Assembly: GCA_964473825.1 (NCBI GenBank)
Contig: CAYYQL010000011.1
Span: 10,980-74,979 of the forward strand
DNA length: 64,000 nucleotides
Reading direction: 5' to 3'
Origin: an uncultured archaeon
Lineage (GTDB): Archaea > Asgardarchaeota > Thorarchaeia > Thorarchaeales > Thorarchaeaceae
Within the stretch, counting starts at the first letter, position 1, and each line of letters starts with the position of its first letter. The translations under genes were made by a program, and so were the position numbers. Positions 46,172 through 55,957 of this stretch are shown here, piece by piece. The notes under the pieces are model-generated. The model was given only the letters and a program-made list of their open reading frames with translations, did no database searches and was not told the DNA's origin.

Positions 46172-47278
46172 TCAATAGGACATAAGTAACTTCTTACCAC
46201 GTTTAGAGACTGAAGGATTTGACTCGAGAAAGGCTACCAAGTTATCAGGTGATGGATGAGAGGCGTCTGAAGAGGCCACATACAGAGCAGCGACCCCATT
46301 GGCAAGCGAGAGACGGTCTCGAGCTTCTAGTTCTAAGAGTGTTCCATAGATATCTCCTGCATTCCAAGCATCCCCAGCCCCGCATATGACTCGACTCTCA
46401 ACATCGAATACGGGAACACCTGTAACTGAACCTCCCTCAACGGTTGCGGCATAGTAAGGCGTGTGCAGGTCCACGCGAACCCCGGTCTTCCCGGACACCA
46501 TCTCAGCAGCGATGAGCCATTCCTCAGGGTCGTTGATTGCCCGCATCCACTTCTTGTCGCTAGATAGAACATGAGCAAACCAGCAAATCTCGTTCTCATT
46601 CGCCCCCAAGATGTCGACCAAGCCATTAGCAAGAACCTTGGTCGCAAGCGGTTTCACAATCTCTGGATTGCCAGAAGGGTCGCCCATGTCCATGAATGTA
46701 ACAGCAGCGGACTCCTCCCGAACAAAAGAGAAGAGGTCAAGTGCCAGAGTAGCAGCTTCAAGATTGTGATTGAGACAGAGCAGACCGACCAGCCCAGACT
46801 TGCGAATTGCATTCTTCTCCGACGCTTGGAGGTCTCTGAAAGAGAAATCCGCAGCCGATCCACTGTCGCTCATCATCAGGTTGACTCGGCGCCCCCTGTA
46901 ATCTACTTCCAGAGAAACGGTAGACGAGAGTATTCCATCACTCTTGACATGTGAGAGATCTAGAGCAGGCGGAGCCATCTCGCGAAGTAGACGGGATCCC
47001 TGTGCGTCAGTCTTTACAATCAAAACAGGATCGACTCCAAGGGAGAGTAGTGCAGATGAAGTATTGACAGCATTCCCTCCGCGACGAAGGAACTGAGACG
47101 TGCCAATGAGATTACCCCCTCCTTGAGCCGCAAGCTGCTTCAGTTGGGTATCAAAGCTTGCAAAATCATCTGCTATGACAAAGTGATCAATAAAGAAGTC
47201 TGGCAGCAATACGGGTGGTTTGGTTTCACGGCCTTCTCGTAAGACTTGCACGAGCCGGCCATAATCCAGCTCCTGCAT
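46172..47278 (-). CDS. PfkB/ribokinase-family carbohydrate kinase
   Basis: GGNAVNT, D.GDPS, NENE, GAGDAWNAG. Confidence 0.9.
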   Translation of the reverse strand: MQELDYGRLVQVLREGRETKPPVLLPDFFIDHFVIADDFASFDTQLKQLAAQGGGNLIGTSQFLRRGGNAVNTSSALLSLGVDPVLIVKTDAQGSRLLREMAPPALDLSHVKSDGILSSTVSLEVDYRGRRVNLMMSDSGSAADFSFRDLQASEKNAIRKSGLVGLLCLNHNLEAATLALDLFSFVREESAAVTFMDMGDPSGNPEIVKPLATKVLANGLVDILGANENEICWFAHVLSSDKKWMRAINDPEEWLIAAEMVSGKTGVRVDLHTPYYAATVEGGSVTGVPVFDVESRVICGAGDAWNAGDIYGTLLELEARDRLSLANGVAALYVASSDASHPSPDNLVAFLESNPSVSKRGKKLLMSY

Positions 47279-47301
47279 GTTTCGACCCTCTTCTGGTCGG
47301 T

Positions 47302-47748
47302 CTATATCTTCTTCAGGGCAGCCTCAACCATCTTGGTGAGACGTTCTTCGGGGATATCGGTCTTGTTTGAGACCTTTTCAATATCACAATATGCCAGGTC
47401 TTCTAGACTCTTGATGTCCGCTTCAACGAGAGCTACGGCATCGGACTCTTTCATTGAGGGTAGTGATGAGAGTTCCTTAACAGCCTCTTCGTTGTCCTCG
47501 GATGGAGTCATTGCCTCGATGAGCTCATCAGCGACGGTCTTGAGATCCTCCTCGTACTCCTTCAGTGCTTCAACATTCTCAGGGTAAGCAGTTCTTCGTC
47601 TCAAATCTACCATGAGACCCATGTCTCTAGCCTCTTTCACTGTGAGGTTTGCGTCTTCGATCTCTTTGCTGCTGAAACCACGCCCCCGTCTGGGCTTTCC
47701 TTCTCCGGGGGATCTTACAATCGGCTCAGCGATAATGTCATAATCCAT
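47302..47748 (-). CDS. rpl13e: Large-subunit ribosomal protein eL13 with a C-terminal HhH-like extension
   Basis: RRGRGFSSKEI, ARDMGL.VD.RRRT...ENVEAL; extension LSSLPSM...LVEADIKSLEDLA. Confidence 0.9.
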   Translation of the reverse strand: MDYDIIAEPIVRSPGEGKPRRGRGFSSKEIEDANLTVKEARDMGLMVDLRRRTAYPENVEALKEYEEDLKTVADELIEAMTPSEDNEEAVKELSSLPSMKESDAVALVEADIKSLEDLAYCDIEKVSNKTDIPEERLTKMVEAALKKI

Positions 47749-47891
47749 CTGACCATCACCTGACTCGGCTCCCGACCTCTCGGTGTGCTTATCAAGCTTT
47801 CGAGATAGCAGTAGTCAGAAGTTAGGACCTAATGCAATTCCTTCATTAGAAACGTGTTTGAAGTTTAACCGTCAATCTAGACAAGAAACAC

Positions 47892-48734
47892 TCAGAAGTC
47901 CTCAAGGGATGTCTGCATTATACGCTTCTTGGCTAGCATGCTCTCCAGCTTCATTTCTTGCTTCGCATTAATACGCCCCAGCAGAGAGAGCATCTGAAGT
48001 GCGTTCAGAGGAGCATTGCCGTGGAAATGATTGTTGAAATAGCCGACGACGCTCTCGGCCTGGTTCTCAAGCGCACGCACGCGAGGAACCCATTCTTCTA
48101 GTTCAGTGGTTTTGTAGAGATAGCGGTACCAGGGCTTTTCTCCGTGACCATGCCATCGAACATAGGCAAAATCTGTCGTGATTCTCAGATCAATGGGTAG
48201 CTTCGGTTCATCCACAACTACATGGGCAACGCCATAGTCTTCAAGCAGGCGCCAGGTGGACTGCGTCAACCAACTGTGTTCCCGAAATTCGATTGCATAG
48301 CGGAAGTCAGTATCAAGAGCGGTGAAGAACGCCTCCAGATCCCCCATAGAAGACAGCTTCCAAGGAGGTAGCTGTATCAAAAGGACTGGGATCCTACCTT
48401 TCGCTGGTCGTATCAGTTCATGGTACTTTGCAAGAACCTCACCACCCTCTCCGTCAAGGCGAAGCCGATTATCATGAGTCACCTTCCGCGGAAGCTTGGC
48501 TGTGAAGAATCTGCCCTCATCTACGGAATCTACCAAGTACTTGATGAACTTGGGCTGGGGTAAGGCATAGAAGGTGGAGTTGATCTCTGCAGTATCGAAA
48601 TATGATAGGTATTGTTTAAGCAACGAGGAGGGTGACCGATAGAATATTCCCTTCCAATCATCACCATATGACCAGCCACTTGTGCCAATTGTCAGACCTT
48701 TCTTGATTCGAGTCACACCTAGAATAGGCAACAA
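47892..48734 (-). CDS. DUF72 family protein
   Basis: IGTSGWSY, EINSTFY, K.P..VTH, QLPP, EFR..SW, YVRWHG, YFNN. Confidence 0.93.
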   Translation of the reverse strand: MLPILGVTRIKKGLTIGTSGWSYGDDWKGIFYRSPSSLLKQYLSYFDTAEINSTFYALPQPKFIKYLVDSVDEGRFFTAKLPRKVTHDNRLRLDGEGGEVLAKYHELIRPAKGRIPVLLIQLPPWKLSSMGDLEAFFTALDTDFRYAIEFREHSWLTQSTWRLLEDYGVAHVVVDEPKLPIDLRITTDFAYVRWHGHGEKPWYRYLYKTTELEEWVPRVRALENQAESVVGYFNNHFHGNAPLNALQMLSLLGRINAKQEMKLESMLAKKRIMQTSLEDF

Positions 48735-49042
48735 AGCTGTTTCACTCTTTTGGATTAGGAGTCCTTGATTGGCCTAGACAGATTTACGGTATACTCAGAG
48801 GGTCTTGTGGGTTCTGCTTCTGTCAGAAGGCCTCGTCAGAGTCTTTGGGAAGAATTTGTAGGAAACCATATGGCCATTCCTAATACTGAGTATCCATTTT
48901 CTTTTGACCTCATTCATCTTCTATAGGGTCTAAGCACGCCAGTCCAGGATAGTCCGAGTTGTTTCTCGCTTCGCACTGCCGCTCCCCTATGCATGATGAA
49001 ACTCTTAAGGGCATGAAAGTGCAAAGGAAGTGTGATTGCACA

Positions 49043-49357
49043 ATGAAGGCTGAGAATATCAAGGCTGAGTTCTCCAATCTCGAGATACATCTCGGAGATT
49101 TCGGGAAGACCAAGTTCAAGATGAAGTGCGATGTCGGCTATCAAGACTTGATGCTCACAATGGACGGCGGCAAGACTGTCGCACGAATGCATGCAAGGAA
49201 TATCAACAATGTACACCTTGAGAAGAAGGCAATCCGAATCGCCGCAATAAACTTCGAGATACGAGAAGATAAAGATGAACCAAGTGTCGTCAGTGGTGCT
49301 GTGCGGCTTGAGCTGGGCAATGACTCAGACAAATGGTACGAGGAACTCTGGGGTTAG
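49043..49357 (+). CDS. Hypothetical protein, beta-rich with a C-terminal helix (PH-like fold possible)
   Basis: Start at ATG 49043; alternating beta pattern ending in DKWYEELW. Confidence 0.7.
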   Translation: MKAENIKAEFSNLEIHLGDFGKTKFKMKCDVGYQDLMLTMDGGKTVARMHARNINNVHLEKKAIRIAAINFEIREDKDEPSVVSGAVRLELGNDSDKWYEELWG

Positions 49358-49429
49358 CAGAGAACCTGATTGGCAGGCTTAAAATACAAGATGTGATGGC
49401 ATCCAATTGACCCAAAGGAGTAATGGCCG

Positions 49430-50737
49430 ATGCATGAAGAGATTCGATACATTGAGTTTCAGTTCGCAGATATTCTTGGAAGAATCAAGGGCATGATTGT
49501 TCCATGTGAAGGATTTACGACTGTTGCTGATCTCCAAAAGAGCCCCGCAGTTCTGGCCGGAACAAGCATTGATGGAAGTTCGATAACGGGTATGGCCAGT
49601 GTAGAGTCTTCGGACCTGAGATTGGTAGCTGACCCGGATTCCATTGTTGAGTTGCCCTACTCAATGCAACGCACCGCAGCCGTGATGTGTTCGGTTCAGA
49701 AGAAGATGGAGACCGCAGACTCCGAGTCGTTCCATCCCAAGGATGCACGCAGTGTGTTGGATCGTGTTACTGAAAGACTCCTGCAGGGAGATATGCAGAT
49801 TCGTTTCAAAGTTGAACCAGAGTTCCACTTCATCACAGTAGAGGGGGAACCCTTTGACTGTGGGCAGTACGCGGACATATATCCACAGAACCCCAGTGCA
49901 GACGTTTTGCTCGAAATCGCAACGGCCATTCAGGAAATGGAAATGCCTGTCAGGGTTGTGCATCATGAAGTTGGCGCGGCACAGCTTGAGATTGAGATTT
50001 CGTATGAGGATGCATTGAGGGCAGCAGACAATATCCTCAGGTTCAAGAATCTTGCACGGGCCTTCACCCAAGCACAAGGTTTCGATGTTACATTCATGCC
50101 CAAACCCTTCGCGGGGTCGGCCGGAAACGGAATGCATTGTCATACCCAGCTTTGGAAAGGTGACAAGAATCTGTTCGGAGCACCGAAGGAAGGGGAACTG
50201 TCTGACCAGGCGAGGTCCTTTGTGGCCGGACTGCTGAATCACGCCCCTGCAATCACTGCCATAGCCAATCCCACGGTGAACTCATACAAGAGGCTCGTAC
50301 CTCATCACGAGGCGCCGGTCTATATCTGTTGGGGACCAAAGAACAGAACCGCATTGATCCGTGTACCTCTGTTTACATCTCCCAGCAGTGCAGCCATCGA
50401 ATTCCGCTCGCCCGATCCAATGACCAATCCCTACCTGCTCTTCTCGGCAATCATTGCAGCAGGAATGGACGGTATGGACCAGAAGCTCGACCCATCCGAA
50501 GGGGTGACTGAAGATGTCTTTGCAATGACTGACAAAGAGCGAAGGAAGAAGGGCATAGGTCTTCTGCCCCCCACGCTGAGTGATGCCCTAGATGAGCTAG
50601 ACCGTGACGATGTCTTGCGAGATGCACTTGGAGATGAGCTGATAGAGGACTACCTGGCCATTAAACGGCAAGAGTGGGAAGCCTATATCAGTCATGCAGT
50701 CACAGATTGGGAATGGCTCCAGTATTCGAGAAACTAG
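49430..50737 (+). CDS. glnA: Glutamine synthetase type I family protein
   Basis: DGSSI, EPEF, HHEV...Q.EI, FMPKP...GNGMH.H, NSYKRLVP, NRTALIRVP, E.RSPDP. The amine substrate is not certain. Confidence 0.85.
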   Translation: MHEEIRYIEFQFADILGRIKGMIVPCEGFTTVADLQKSPAVLAGTSIDGSSITGMASVESSDLRLVADPDSIVELPYSMQRTAAVMCSVQKKMETADSESFHPKDARSVLDRVTERLLQGDMQIRFKVEPEFHFITVEGEPFDCGQYADIYPQNPSADVLLEIATAIQEMEMPVRVVHHEVGAAQLEIEISYEDALRAADNILRFKNLARAFTQAQGFDVTFMPKPFAGSAGNGMHCHTQLWKGDKNLFGAPKEGELSDQARSFVAGLLNHAPAITAIANPTVNSYKRLVPHHEAPVYICWGPKNRTALIRVPLFTSPSSAAIEFRSPDPMTNPYLLFSAIIAAGMDGMDQKLDPSEGVTEDVFAMTDKERRKKGIGLLPPTLSDALDELDRDDVLRDALGDELIEDYLAIKRQEWEAYISHAVTDWEWLQYSRN

Positions 50738-50873
50738 TAGTTCTGCTCTAAATCTCATTTCCCTGTGGCTTCCTGTCTCCTTTGCTACTCTCTCTTCTAG
50801 GAATTCTAAATCCACTTGAGAAAGCCATCTGATTCGGTAACTCCATTCAGACTCAAAATTAATATCCTCAGGC

Positions 50874-51680
50874 ATGATAGAATGTAATGGGTCCCCATCC
50901 ATGAAAGAAGAGTGTAAAGCCAGGGCTCTGGGCTCACCTGATGCAGAAGTGGTCCAGACCAAGGAAGTAAAGACAGAGAAGCCCCTCCTAGTATGCTGTT
51001 TTCCGAGTGCAGGAGTGGTTGGCACCATTGCCGCCAATACGATGATTGAGCAGTTCGAGATGGAAGAGATTGCTCATGTTCGTTCGAAGTATATGCCATC
51101 GGCAGCAGTCTTCCTTGACGGGCTCCTTCGACATCCCTTCAGGATACATGCAAAGCCTGAACGCAATCTCATTGTCGTAACAACAGAGCTGCCCATTGCA
51201 GAACAAGGAATGTATGCGGTCAGCTCTGCGCTATTGGACTGGGCAGCAGAGATTGGAGTGAGAGAAACAGTCATTCTTGACGGCATCCCCGTTCAGGGTA
51301 TACCTAGCGATAGGAAAGTACTCTATGCTGCAGAGAAGGAGAAGCTGGCGGACCTAGAGAGTGATGAAAGCATGGAGCTACTGAAGAAAGGGATAATAAC
51401 CGGGATTGCAGGATCCATCCTCTCCGAAACGCTCTGCCGTGAGATGGTGGGTTTCGCCCTCTTGACTCCTGCAATTGCAGTAATCCCGGATCCCGACGGC
51501 GCAGTTCAGTTGCTCAATGCATTGAATCGGCTCTACGATGTTGGAGTAGATGTCTCAGACCTCGAAGAGAGCGGCGACCAGATACGCAAGAAGATGGAAG
51601 AGATGGCACAGCAGGTGGATGGCATGCGTAGAAACCAACCTGAAGTTCAACACACAGGTTATGAACGCCTATATGCTTAG
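50874..51680 (+). CDS. Proteasome assembly chaperone PAC2/PbaA family
   Basis: FPSAGVVGTIAA, PFRI, ILDG, GIITGIAG, PDPDGA. True start probably downstream of 50874. Confidence 0.88.
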   Translation: MIECNGSPSMKEECKARALGSPDAEVVQTKEVKTEKPLLVCCFPSAGVVGTIAANTMIEQFEMEEIAHVRSKYMPSAAVFLDGLLRHPFRIHAKPERNLIVVTTELPIAEQGMYAVSSALLDWAAEIGVRETVILDGIPVQGIPSDRKVLYAAEKEKLADLESDESMELLKKGIITGIAGSILSETLCREMVGFALLTPAIAVIPDPDGAVQLLNALNRLYDVGVDVSDLEESGDQIRKKMEEMAQQVDGMRRNQPEVQHTGYERLYA

Positions 51681-51744
51681 ACTCACGAGTTAGAGGTCGA
51701 AGGCAGGGTTTAGAGCAATAGGCTCGTGGTCAGTAGGCTAGCAC

Positions 51745-52302
51745 TCAGTCTGAGCAAGTCTCGTATGCTTCAGCTGCGCCTATAGCGTTCTTCTCCCCCG
51801 CCTTTCCGGGCCATTTCTCACGGATGACATCTTGTACCGTTTCCAGTTTGACCAATCCGGTGGCCTTAGCGAATGCTCCCAGCATCGTAGTATTCACAAC
51901 AGGAAGACCAGCGACCAAAAGACCGTGCTTGAGTGCGATGCCGGTACCATCATAAGTGAAAACATGCCCCCTACCAAGATCTAACTCGCTTGCCTTGAGT
52001 CTTGTATTGATGATGATCTTTCCGCCTTCTACGAGGCCCTCGGTCACATCAATCAGTTCTATCAGACCTTGGTCCAGCACCGCGACAATATCTGGTGTGT
52101 ATATCTGACTTCTGATGTTGATAGGTTCATCAGAGATTCTTGTGAAGGCTTTGACCGGGGCGCCTCGCCGTTCTGCTCCGAAATAAGGAAACGCTGCGAC
52201 TCCCTTGTAACCGTCCTTATACGCAGCTTTCGCCAGAAGCTCTGCGCTTGTTACGCCACCTTGCCCGCCGCGACCGTGCCAGCGAATCTCAATCATAGGC
52301 AT
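51745..52302 (-). CDS. porG: 2-oxoacid:ferredoxin oxidoreductase gamma subunit
   Basis: EIRWHGRGGQGGVT, FPYFGAERRGAPV, NT.MLGA. Confidence 0.93.
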   Translation of the reverse strand: MPMIEIRWHGRGGQGGVTSAELLAKAAYKDGYKGVAAFPYFGAERRGAPVKAFTRISDEPINIRSQIYTPDIVAVLDQGLIELIDVTEGLVEGGKIIINTRLKASELDLGRGHVFTYDGTGIALKHGLLVAGLPVVNTTMLGAFAKATGLVKLETVQDVIREKWPGKAGEKNAIGAAEAYETCSD

Positions 52303-52446
52303 ATCATATTGACTCCTTAGAGGTGACCAGTTAGGTCAACTAGGAGGGCTCATTGGTGCAACAAAACCTTTTCGTCTTAGGAACTGACGCACAGTGCGAT
52401 AGCCTTATCCGAGGCGCGACCCAGCCGACCACATCCGACGAAATCT

Positions 52447-53265
52447 ATGGTGCAGACAGTGGATGAGAGATTACGTGCAAACAGAGATCTCTGGGGGGAC
52501 CGCGTAGACGCACACAAAGAGTCCGAGTTTTATGATGTGGAGAGCTTTCTCAAGGGGAAACAGACACTTGAGCCAGTTGAGGTGGAAGAAATGGGAGATG
52601 TCAAGGGAAAGAGCCTCGTTCATCTCATGTGTCACTTTGGTCTTGACACACTATCCCTAGCAAGACTCGGAGCCGATGTCACGGGAATCGATTTTTCCAA
52701 GAAGGCCATTGCCCTCGCCCGGCATATTGCAGAACAGATTGGAGTTTCTGCCAAGTTTGTCTGCGCTAATGTCTACGATGCTCCCGAGGCGCTCAACGAA
52801 ACCTTCGATATAGTCTACACAGGGGGAGGGGTGCTCTGCTGGCTGCCAGACATCGAGAAGTGGGCTGAGGTCGTCGCCAGTCTGCTGAACCCTGGCGGAG
52901 TCTTCTACATTCGTGAGTTTCATCCATTCTCTATGATCTTTGATGATGAGAGCGAAGGACTCTCGGTTCGGTATCCATACTTCCAAGGTGACACCGCCAT
53001 CATGTTCCAGAGTGATCACTCGTATGCAGATACTGCGAAGAAGCTTGAAACCAGAATCAGCTACGAGTGGAACCATCCAATATCGGATATTCTCAACTCA
53101 TTGCTAGGAGTGGGCCTTGAGCTGCAGTTCTATAACGAGTTCCCATACTCAACATGGCAGGCCCTTCCCATCATGCAGCGAGATGAACAGGGAAGATGGG
53201 GTGTGCCCGGAATGGAAAGGCACATTCCGTTCATGTTCTCAATCAAGGCAGTCAAGCCAGTCTAG
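52447..53265 (+). CDS. Class I SAM-dependent methyltransferase
   Basis: HLMCHFGLDTLS, GIDFS, FDIVY, WLPD, EFHP, YEWNH. Confidence 0.92.
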   Translation: MVQTVDERLRANRDLWGDRVDAHKESEFYDVESFLKGKQTLEPVEVEEMGDVKGKSLVHLMCHFGLDTLSLARLGADVTGIDFSKKAIALARHIAEQIGVSAKFVCANVYDAPEALNETFDIVYTGGGVLCWLPDIEKWAEVVASLLNPGGVFYIREFHPFSMIFDDESEGLSVRYPYFQGDTAIMFQSDHSYADTAKKLETRISYEWNHPISDILNSLLGVGLELQFYNEFPYSTWQALPIMQRDEQGRWGVPGMERHIPFMFSIKAVKPV

Positions 53266-53276
53266 TAGCTCAAGAA

Positions 53277-54650
53277 TCAGATTGTTTCTCTCTCGTCAAG
53301 GGCCGCAAGAACTCCCTTTGTGGAGTTGGCTGCCTGCTGTAGACCAACTCCAGAACCGGCCGTATCAGTTCCAACTATGTAGAGTCCGTCGATAGGAGTT
53401 TCGGGACCGGGTCTGTCTAGATCTGTCTGTCCGGGAACAAGCGCGGCGCGTGTTGCATACGACGTCTGTACATGTTCCATCTCAATATGCTGGAGTACTT
53501 CTGGATAGTACTTCCCTATACCGTTCTTCTTGACAAGATTGACCACCTCTTTCGTGGTCATACCCTCAGGCAGAATCGTGGCAGCGGCTAGAAGCTCTTT
53601 GCCTTCAGGGGCACAAGAGGAGTCGAAGCTGCTCAATGAGATGAGCCAAGTGTTTGGTTCCGGATAGACAATCACTCGAGATTTGCGATCTCCGATGATG
53701 ACCTCGTCTAGACCCCACCAAGCAGTGACTCCTTGTGTGTGCTTCATTGTGCTCCACTGACCGAAGAATGCCCTTGCTTCTCTATGGGTATCAGATACAA
53801 CATCCGGCATAGACCAAAGGGGTATATTGCTCACAATCAGATCGTGTTCCAGTGTCACAGCACCGGCCTCTAGACCAACAACCTGACCGTTCTCTTCAAG
53901 AATACGCGTGACAGGTGTCTCAAGTACAAAATCACCTGCAATGCAGTCCTTAACACGTTCAACGAGTCCCTTCATGCCTCCGATAACATAGCCCTCATCA
54001 TACTCTTCACTGCCAAGCAGAAGTCTCTTGGCTGAGCCAATCTTGGAGGATTCCTTGTCTGTGTCTTTGAGTGTCCGCAAGGCCTCGTAGGCCGATGCTT
54101 CGTCAATACCCACCCCTGCAGCCATGTAGATAGCGCTCTGCATGACATCGAGGATGACTTGATTCGTTGCACCCTTCGACTTCATGAACTCCAAGAAGGT
54201 GATGTCTTTGTACTTCTTCATCTCTTCCAGTTTCATTGTCTTGATCTTTGCACCGATGCGTGCCAAGCTAAGTCGGCCACGAGGGCCTGTCAGTGGCCAG
54301 CGGAGGGTCTCTCCGATGCTGCTGGGGATAGTGCCAACCTTCTCATACACACGAAAGAACCAGCCCTCGTGAAGGACAAACTCAGGAGGAGGGTCTAGGT
54401 GTGTCCTCATGAAATCAGCAAAGGCTCCTCGTTTCACACGAGTGATGATATGCAATCCTTGATCTACACGATACCCGTCAACGTGATAACCGTACCACAC
54501 TCCACCAATATGGTCTTCTTTCTCGATAATGAGGATCTTCTTTCCTCTAGCGGACAACCCAAGAGCGGTGAGCAAACCGCCAGCCCCTGCGCCAGCAATG
54601 ATAACATCATACTCACTGGCGTCGACTTGATCGATTGTTGTCTGTTTCAT
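53277..54650 (-). CDS. FAD-dependent oxidoreductase (phytoene desaturase/amine oxidase-like)
   Basis: IAGAGAGGL...EK...IGG, VDQG.H, GGM..L, TPIDGLYIVG. Start at ATG 54650. Confidence 0.88.
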   Translation of the reverse strand: MKQTTIDQVDASEYDVIIAGAGAGGLLTALGLSARGKKILIIEKEDHIGGVWYGYHVDGYRVDQGLHIITRVKRGAFADFMRTHLDPPPEFVLHEGWFFRVYEKVGTIPSSIGETLRWPLTGPRGRLSLARIGAKIKTMKLEEMKKYKDITFLEFMKSKGATNQVILDVMQSAIYMAAGVGIDEASAYEALRTLKDTDKESSKIGSAKRLLLGSEEYDEGYVIGGMKGLVERVKDCIAGDFVLETPVTRILEENGQVVGLEAGAVTLEHDLIVSNIPLWSMPDVVSDTHREARAFFGQWSTMKHTQGVTAWWGLDEVIIGDRKSRVIVYPEPNTWLISLSSFDSSCAPEGKELLAAATILPEGMTTKEVVNLVKKNGIGKYYPEVLQHIEMEHVQTSYATRAALVPGQTDLDRPGPETPIDGLYIVGTDTAGSGVGLQQAANSTKGVLAALDERETI

Positions 54651-54705
54651 GGCCGCACAGGCAGTCATTGAGTCACTACTTAAAATTGACTCATGGTCCG
54701 ATTTG

Positions 54706-55815
54706 TCATGTGAGGTCAATCCATCTCTTGTTATCAGCTGATGTATAGGCTGCGTCCACGACACAATGTGCTGCAACAGCGTCTCTGAAGTCTGGAGTGA
54801 ATGACGTGTCTTCTTGGACAGACCTGAGAAATGCGTAGTCGAGAGCCGCGTATCTTTCGGCTCCCACCGATGTCAGCGTTTCAGCTGCATCAGAAGTCAG
54901 TTCATCATCTTCGAATCCCAGACGTTCCAGAAGCACCGTGTTGGCCGTTTCAGGCAGTATTCTGACGGGGCCTCGCCCCTGTAGGTGATACTCCAAGTAT
55001 CTCTTTGCAGACTCCAGACAGACACGAATATAGCCCTTCTCGAAGAAGAACTCGATAAATCGCTCATTGGGACGTTCCACCCAGTGCCAGACGGAATCTA
55101 GCGTTGTGACAGCGCCATTGGTGTGTTTCATGATGATCGAGGCATGGTCCTCAACTTCTCGACCTGAATAGAATCCCGTCGTTGCAGCTAGAGATTCAAC
55201 CTCGCCAAAAAAGCATCGCAGGATGTCTATGTCATGAATACTGTGTTCGATGAGCGTGCCTCCTCCAGATATCGAGTGGTCGCCGCGCCATTTGCTGTAG
55301 TACATGTAGTCCACAGGAAAACGTTGGTCGTCCCGGATATGGGCCACCATAGGAGTGCCGAAGTCATGGCTCTCTATCAAGTGCTTTGCATAGAGTAGAA
55401 ACTGGTCGTATCGGAGAACAAGCCCCACTCCCGTACGAACCTTAGCGTCATTAGTCACAGCCAAGAGATCTCCAGCTTGAAGAGAACTATGGGCAAGGGG
55501 CTTCTCACAAAAGACTGCTTTCCCTGCCTTTGCAGCTGCTTTCACCATATCAGAGTGCATGTTCGTGGGAGTACATATGTATACCAAGTCAACATCATCA
55601 TCTGCAACAAGTTCCTTGTAGTCTGTGAAGACCTTGTCAATATCAAAAAGCTCTGCTGCAGATTGAAGTGATTTCTCATCTATGTCGCAGATTCCAGCAA
55701 TCTCCAGCTCAAGAAGGCCTGACTCTCGAAGAGCAAGAAAAGCAGTGAGATGAGTGCGGCCAATGTTCCCTGTACCAATCAAGCCCAGCTGGATACTGGT
55801 CCGTTCCTTGGTCAA
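54706..55815 (-). CDS. Gfo/Idh/MocA family oxidoreductase
   Basis: GLIGTGNIG, ICTP..H, CEKP, GGG.L.EH.IH.ID. Confidence 0.93.
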   Translation of the reverse strand: MTKERTSIQLGLIGTGNIGRTHLTAFLALRESGLLELEIAGICDIDEKSLQSAAELFDIDKVFTDYKELVADDDVDLVYICTPTNMHSDMVKAAAKAGKAVFCEKPLAHSSLQAGDLLAVTNDAKVRTGVGLVLRYDQFLLYAKHLIESHDFGTPMVAHIRDDQRFPVDYMYYSKWRGDHSISGGGTLIEHSIHDIDILRCFFGEVESLAATTGFYSGREVEDHASIIMKHTNGAVTTLDSVWHWVERPNERFIEFFFEKGYIRVCLESAKRYLEYHLQGRGPVRILPETANTVLLERLGFEDDELTSDAAETLTSVGAERYAALDYAFLRSVQEDTSFTPDFRDAVAAHCVVDAAYTSADNKRWIDLT

Positions 55816-55957
55816 TAGGCTTCCCTTACCAGAATGGCACTACTTCTCAATATATGAGTGTTCTGCGGAAAGACATAGTACCAACTTATATTATGCATCA
55901 AATCCTAGCAATGACCAAACACGTCAATGTAACAAGTATGCATTGGGTGAGCATTGC

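Noticed and set aside
48993-49053. Possible C/D box sRNA (ATGATGA...CTGA)
   Set aside because: It overlaps the promoter and start of the 49043 gene, the C'/D' boxes are poor, and I could not identify an antisense rRNA/tRNA target.
53277-54650. FAD protein as a RabGDI/REP homolog
   Set aside because: The intact GxGxxG and GG motifs fit an ordinary archaeal phytoene-desaturase-like enzyme; a shared fold alone is not evidence.
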